In this document: one piece after another, positions 60,301 through 64,000 of the stretch
Position numbering within the stretch: position 1 is the stretch's first letter
Layout: each line of letters starts with the position of its first letter
Assembly: GCA_048938385.1 (NCBI GenBank)
Contig: JBHLMG010000001.1
Location: forward strand, 96,001-160,000
Direction: 5' to 3'
From: Promethearchaeota archaeon
Lineage (GTDB): Archaea; Asgardarchaeota; Hermodarchaeia; Hermodarchaeales; Hermodarchaeaceae
Length of the DNA stretch: 64,000 bases
Program-made: the position numbers and the translations under genes
The notes under the pieces: generated by a model
Database searches by the model: none
Seen by the model: the letters and a program-made list of their open reading frames with translations, nothing else
What the model was told of the DNA's origin: nothing

Positions 60301-61026
60301 CGGTATGTGCCGGAGCGGTCGTTTGCGGAGAATGTGAATTTGCCGGTGACGTTGTTGTCGCGGTTTGATTTGATTTTTACGTTGACGGATTTGCCGGAGT
60401 CGGAGCGGGATGAGCGGACGGCGGATCATATTCTGGCGTTGCATAAGCGGCGGGAGGCGTCGAAGGAGCCGCCGATTCCGGCGGAGTTGTTGCGGAAGTA
60501 CATTGCGTATGCGCGGCGGAACGTGTCGCCAGTGCTCACCGACGAGGCGTTGAATGTGGTGAAGGAGTTCTATCTGAGTATGCGGAAGTCGGGTGAGCGG
60601 GAGAATGCGCCAGTGCCGATTACGGCGCGGCAGCTTGAATCCATGATTCGGTTGGCGGAAGCGCATGCCAAGATGGCGTTGCGGGAAAAGGTCGTTGCAG
60701 AAGATGCGCAGGCGGCGGTTCGGCTGGTGCAGGTGTCGCTTCAGCAGGTGGGGTTTGACCGGGAAACGGGGCAGTATGATGTGGATAACATCATGATTGG
60801 GCGGTCGAAGTCTCAGCGTGAGCGGCTGCAGTCGATCCTCGTGTTGCTGCGGGATCTCGAAAAGGAGTCGCCGGGTGGGGTGTCGGTTGACAAACTCATC
60901 GAGCGCGCGGGGTTGGAAGGCATTTCTGAGCAGTTTGTACGCCAAGCTGTGAACCAACTGCGGGATAAGGATGGATTGATCTATGAACCTCGCCCGGGGC
61001 TGCTCAAGTACATTAAGGGTGCCTAG
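57346..61026 (+). CDS. mcm: Replicative helicase MCM, intein-containing (start TTG 57346 or GTG 57355)
   Basis: Zn finger CRQC..C...AC, IAPSIYG, GDPGTAKSQLL, AAGLTAAV, CIDEFDKM, SRFDL, ITARQLE. Confidence 0.97.
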   Translation: MKKVAEELDLITRFEEFLKTYKTEEGDTPYNDAIARLSLEEAISVPIDFNHLVTFDPDLASATRSHPQQAIDAASAAIRRILQVVDPDYYQTIEKPHARFKEIPDRVSVRLIRAEHIGQLIMVDALVTRVSDVKPLLVEGVFQCRQCQEIIYVQQTHQFVPPPLCTNEACRSKGPFDLIPERSKFVDWQKIRLQEKPEELPPGALPRALDCILQEDLVDIARPGDPCRIVGILRSTQDTTARTRRKAPTFTSFLATNYVAVSEREADRVEITPKEEETIHDLAQDPLIHRKLVNSIAPSIYGLTDEKEAVSLLLFGGVPKTLADGVKIRGDSNILLVGDPGTAKSQLLKYVAQIAPRGLYTSGKGSTAAGLTAAVLRDPDTEGFALEAGALVLADRGTACLHPSSRVLADNKLSTIEALFSQTTPATAVSNGETVMVGRLDVKVPSLTKDLDMIECKSTYIRKKAGPSSLLKISTETGFSTIVTPDHMLLDGASLEWKKAQDFTKGESLVAPLKVPGYNDPVYIFDLIPADWIVCLNQDEKTELRTELFKHFSSLASINRFFGLRRDVLSGRSQMKVGTLHRILSHLGIFNEWRKRKLSFGRKQSGERLKVSEITPELAYFLGFVYGDGWDRINKRRSSLSVHQSWVNQEQIHRLIECYSTFSRRSLRNYPRTCESEIRGSEVLCQSTIFTANSNLLAQIYNYLLANDLSNLLQLPNDSLAAFIGGIIDSDGCISIKCDRRSDSDYYTAHIDIQCSNNWIENQSLLLSLRRFDCYGRLKPGRGVIHVQITARVDVEALLHAIKPYSVKIKLLPKSIRTISSLSDRLPSKPIAQLAEQISTINTAMLVEKGLWSTIYSYKHERYAPSRGQVKKIQTMLDDHLSPAQHELIDNLLKRDYFLDPISSIEEIPYDGPVYDLHVPQTHNFTADGLITHNCIDEFDKMRPQDRTAIHETMEQHTVSIAKAGIVATLNARTAILAAANPNLGRYVPERSFAENVNLPVTLLSRFDLIFTLTDLPESERDERTADHILALHKRREASKEPPIPAELLRKYIAYARRNVSPVLTDEALNVVKEFYLSMRKSGERENAPVPITARQLESMIRLAEAHAKMALREKVVAEDAQAAVRLVQVSLQQVGFDRETGQYDVDNIMIGRSKSQRERLQSILVLLRDLEKESPGGVSVDKLIERAGLEGISEQFVRQAVNQLRDKDGLIYEPRPGLLKYIKGA
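58543..60147 (+). mobile_element. Intein with LAGLIDADG homing endonuclease (535 aa)
   Basis: Starts CLHP, block B VTPDH, LAYFLGFVYGDG and FIGGIIDSDG, block F VYDL.V..THNF.ADG, ends HN followed by +1 Cys; splits ADRGTA|CIDEFDKM. Confidence 0.96.
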
Positions 61027-61046
61027 CCTGTAGGTGGGATTGTCCG

Positions 61047-63278
61047 ATTAAACAGATTGCCAAACTACCCTTAGACCCCCGAATCAAGGACTATTTCTTA
61101 CACAAAGGCTTCTCGACGCTATACCCTCCCCAAGTCAAAGCCATCAAAGCCGGCGCCCTCGAGGGCGCGAACACCGTCTTGGCTATTCCCACCGCGTCGG
61201 GCAAAACGCTGATCGCTGAGTTCTGCATGCTCAAGTCTATACTTGAACAAGGTGGGAAGGCCCTCTATTTGACGCCCTTACGGGCCTTAGCGTCTGAGAA
61301 GTTTGAAGAATTCCAACCCTACGCTCAGCTTGGTGTAAATGTGGGAATCACCACCGGGGATTATGACACTGCGGATGAAAAGTATGGCGCTTATGATCTC
61401 CTTATCTGTACGAATGAACGCGCCGACTCCCTCCTGCGCCATCGCGCCAAATGGCTCTCCGACATTGCTATCGTTATCGCTGATGAAGTCCACCTCATCA
61501 ACGACCCAAGCCGCGGACCCACCCTCGAAGTGGTACTAGCCCGCCTTCGCCAAATTGCTCCACATGCCCAAATCCTCGCCTTAAGCGCCACCGTCAATAA
61601 CGCGCAAGAACTCGCCGATTGGCTCAAAGGCAAAGCCGTAATTAGCGATTGGCGTCCTGTGACTCTTCGTGAAGGTGTCTACCTCGAAGGAAAGGTCCTT
61701 TTCGGTGATGACAGCGAGGAAAACTACGCACCTGCTACTGCTTTTCCAATTGGCGACATCGTCCGTCGCGTGCTCAGACAAAAAGGACAGCTTCTTGCCT
61801 TTCTGAACACTCGTCGTTCCGCAGTTAGAACAGCGCAGAAACTAAGTTCAATCGTCGCACCACGCTTGAATCAATCCGAACAAAAGGAACTACAACGCCT
61901 CGCTGAGACGATCCTCCATTTAGGCGAAGTCACCCAGGTCACAGACACTCTTGCCCGACTCATCCGCGCCGGCGTAGCATTCCACCATGCTGGGCTCCGT
62001 TACGCCGAACGCAAACACATCGAAGACGCCTTCCGCAACAACCTCATCAAAGCCATCTGCGCCACACCGACCCTTTCGGCTGGCCTGAACCTTCCCGCCC
62101 GCGTCGTGGTCATTCAAGAATATCGGCGATTTGATCGAGTTGAAGGGTATCAACCGATTCCGGTGTTAGAATACAAGCAAATGGCCGGGCGGGCAGGACG
62201 ACCGAAATACGATAAGACGGGCACGGCGATTCTGCTGTCACGGAATGATGGGGAGCGCGACTTTTTGCTGGACTATTACATAATGGGAAGTCCGGAAAGC
62301 ATTATTTCCAAACTGGCGAGCGAATCAGCACTCCGTAGCCACGTCCTGTCCACCATTGCCATGCGGTACGCCTCGGATAAAGAAGGCATCATGGAGTTCA
62401 TTCGACAAACCTTCTTCGGGCATCAGCGCGATCCTGATGAAGTTGAATACATGATTGACCTCATCGTGAAATTTCTCAAAGACGAAAAACTCCTCGAACA
62501 ACGCGGGCGTCGCCTTGCGGCGACGAATTTTGGAAGACGCACTTCTCAACTGTACATCGATCCTAAATCCGCTGTCATTCTCCGTGATGGACTTGCTAAG
62601 GCTGCCAGCCATCAGGATCAAACATCCGATATTTCTTTCCTCCACCTTATCAGCCATACACCTGATATGACCTCACTCTATCTCCGACGGGGTGAGGATG
62701 AGCGCTTCCATGATTATGTTATCGAACACATCGACGAGTTTCTAACCCCTGTGCCCGATCCACGGTATCATCGGGATCGCTACGAGTTCTTTCTTGCAGA
62801 AGTGAAAACGGCGCTCTTAGCGAAGGCCTGGGTGGAAGAACTCCCCGAAGATCAACTCATTACCCAATTCAAAATTGGATCCGGTGATCTTTTACGACTC
62901 GTGGATACCCAAGCCTGGCTCCTTTACGCTTGCCGAGAAATTGCTCCTCTCTTTGGACACAAAGGTCTGGTTCCTGAGCTGGATGAACTCGAACTTCGCG
63001 TCCGATATGGAGTGAAACGGGAGCTAGCCGATCTGGTTGAACTTCAAGGCATCGGTCGAGTTCGAGCCCGGTTTCTCTTTCGCGCCGGCTTTATCTCGAA
63101 GCCGCGTATTCGTGAAGCTCCGATTTCAGAACTTGCATCGGTACCTGCAATCGGATTACAGATCGCTAAATCAATCAAGCAGCAATGTGGCGGTATCATT
63201 GACTCATCAGAAGAAGAACAAGCGTTAAAGGGAACACGCCGGTCTTCTACACGACACACTCAGCTCACTTTAGATTAA
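61047..63278 (+). CDS. hel308: Hel308 (Ski2-like) DNA helicase (probable ATT start)
   Basis: Q motif LYPPQ lies upstream of the ORF-track start; PTASGKT, DEVH, LSAT, AFHHAGL, TPTLSAGLNLP, QMAGRAGRP, C-terminal HhH. Confidence 0.95.
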   Translation: MKQIAKLPLDPRIKDYFLHKGFSTLYPPQVKAIKAGALEGANTVLAIPTASGKTLIAEFCMLKSILEQGGKALYLTPLRALASEKFEEFQPYAQLGVNVGITTGDYDTADEKYGAYDLLICTNERADSLLRHRAKWLSDIAIVIADEVHLINDPSRGPTLEVVLARLRQIAPHAQILALSATVNNAQELADWLKGKAVISDWRPVTLREGVYLEGKVLFGDDSEENYAPATAFPIGDIVRRVLRQKGQLLAFLNTRRSAVRTAQKLSSIVAPRLNQSEQKELQRLAETILHLGEVTQVTDTLARLIRAGVAFHHAGLRYAERKHIEDAFRNNLIKAICATPTLSAGLNLPARVVVIQEYRRFDRVEGYQPIPVLEYKQMAGRAGRPKYDKTGTAILLSRNDGERDFLLDYYIMGSPESIISKLASESALRSHVLSTIAMRYASDKEGIMEFIRQTFFGHQRDPDEVEYMIDLIVKFLKDEKLLEQRGRRLAATNFGRRTSQLYIDPKSAVILRDGLAKAASHQDQTSDISFLHLISHTPDMTSLYLRRGEDERFHDYVIEHIDEFLTPVPDPRYHRDRYEFFLAEVKTALLAKAWVEELPEDQLITQFKIGSGDLLRLVDTQAWLLYACREIAPLFGHKGLVPELDELELRVRYGVKRELADLVELQGIGRVRARFLFRAGFISKPRIREAPISELASVPAIGLQIAKSIKQQCGGIIDSSEEEQALKGTRRSSTRHTQLTLD

Positions 63279-63298
63279 CCCATCATGAGGAGACGGTT

Positions 63299-64000
63299 AT
63301 GCCAACGGGGCTCTTCTATCACCCTGAAATGTTAAAACACGATATGGGCTTCGGACACCCAGAAAGCCCAGAACGACTCTCCGCAGTCATGGAGTATTTA
63401 CAAAAACAAAAGGCCATTGATGATAAGCACCTGATCTTGCTTAAACCCCCTGCGGTGGAGCTTTCTGATTTGGAACGCGTCCACCCGAAACACTACATCG
63501 ACTATGTACACACTTCCTCAGATCGTGGAGGTCGGTTTGATAATGACACAAGCGCGTCAAAGGGGTCATACAATGCCGCTCTGTTAGCTGCTGGTGCAGG
63601 CATCAGGGCATGGCGTGAAATTGAAGCAGGAAACATCGATAACGCATTCGCCCTCGTACGCCCTCCCGGACACCATGCGAATAGTCAGGCTGCACGCGGC
63701 TTTTGTTTGTTTAACAACATCTCAGTGCTAGCAAGGTACATAACCGCCACTCTCCCTGAAAGTCGCGTGTTCATCTTGGATATTGATGCTCACCATGGAA
63801 ATGGCACTCAGGAAATCCATTATGCTGAACCTGATGTTTTCTATCTTGGATTTCATCAAGATGGGCGAACATTATATCCTGGGTACTCAGGGTATTCCAA
63901 CGAAGTAGGAGAAGGTCCGGGTAAGGGCATGAATGTAAACCTTCCTCTCCCCCCTGGAACAACTGATCACACATTTCTCCGTGGGCTCTCAACACTCTTC
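63299..64000 (+). CDS. Histone deacetylase family protein (3'-partial, absent from the ORF track)
   Basis: HPESPERL, RPPGHHA, GFCLFNN, LDIDAHHGNGTQEI, YPG, G.G...NLPLPPG. Confidence 0.93.
   Translation, partial: MPTGLFYHPEMLKHDMGFGHPESPERLSAVMEYLQKQKAIDDKHLILLKPPAVELSDLERVHPKHYIDYVHTSSDRGGRFDNDTSASKGSYNAALLAAGAGIRAWREIEAGNIDNAFALVRPPGHHANSQAARGFCLFNNISVLARYITATLPESRVFILDIDAHHGNGTQEIHYAEPDVFYLGFHQDGRTLYPGYSGYSNEVGEGPGKGMNVNLPLPPGTTDHTFLRGLSTLF

Noticed and set aside
57910-60498. Diversity-generating retroelement as the cause of the biased segments
   Set aside because: No reverse transcriptase or template/variable repeat pair in the window; the bias is synonymous and not adenine-specific
60040-60957. 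305-aa minus-strand ORF
   Set aside because: Antisense shadow of the G/T-biased mcm 3' region; low complexity, no motifs
1-64000. CRISPR arrays, IS elements, integrases, prophage, rRNA
   Set aside because: No repeat-spacer array, transposase, integrase or rRNA-like sequence was seen; the tRNA 3' end does not appear duplicated as an att site

Overview
Gene-dense core-genome segment of an archaeon, most likely an Asgard archaeon (inferred from a Rab-like GTPase, an MglA-like GTPase with four roadblock/LC7 proteins, a longin-like protein and an EMC6-like membrane protein). It carries genes for RNA processing and translation (cca, rqcH, rio2, Sm, ileS, rps8e, rps30e, srp19, gar1, nop5, fibrillarin, trm1, rlmE, elp3), transcription (tfb, TFE-beta-like), DNA repair, replication and segregation (nucS, herA-nurA, smc-scpAB, cdc6-gins-mcm-hel308) and metabolism (iorAB, acdB, glmS, uppS, hypAE). 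I found no CRISPR array, transposase or prophage; the only mobile element is a LAGLIDADG intein in MCM. Four things stand out. (1) A roadblock gene is broken by a 29-nt insert that folds as a bulge-helix-bulge (BHB) motif, and its removal restores the reading frame: a candidate archaeal pre-mRNA intron outside cbf5. (2) A tRNA-Ile with the rare UAU anticodon and two BHB introns lies directly after ileS. (3) MCM shows an extreme mirror-image synonymous codon bias around its intein region (148 consecutive C/A-ending codons upstream, 88 of 89 G/T-ending codons downstream), and the same switch recurs in miniature around an empty intein-type site in Hel308. (4) tfb, hel308 and gar1 have conserved N-termini with no in-frame ATG/GTG/TTG and appear to start at ACG, ATT and CTG. 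All product calls come from motif recognition by eye; no database search was run.
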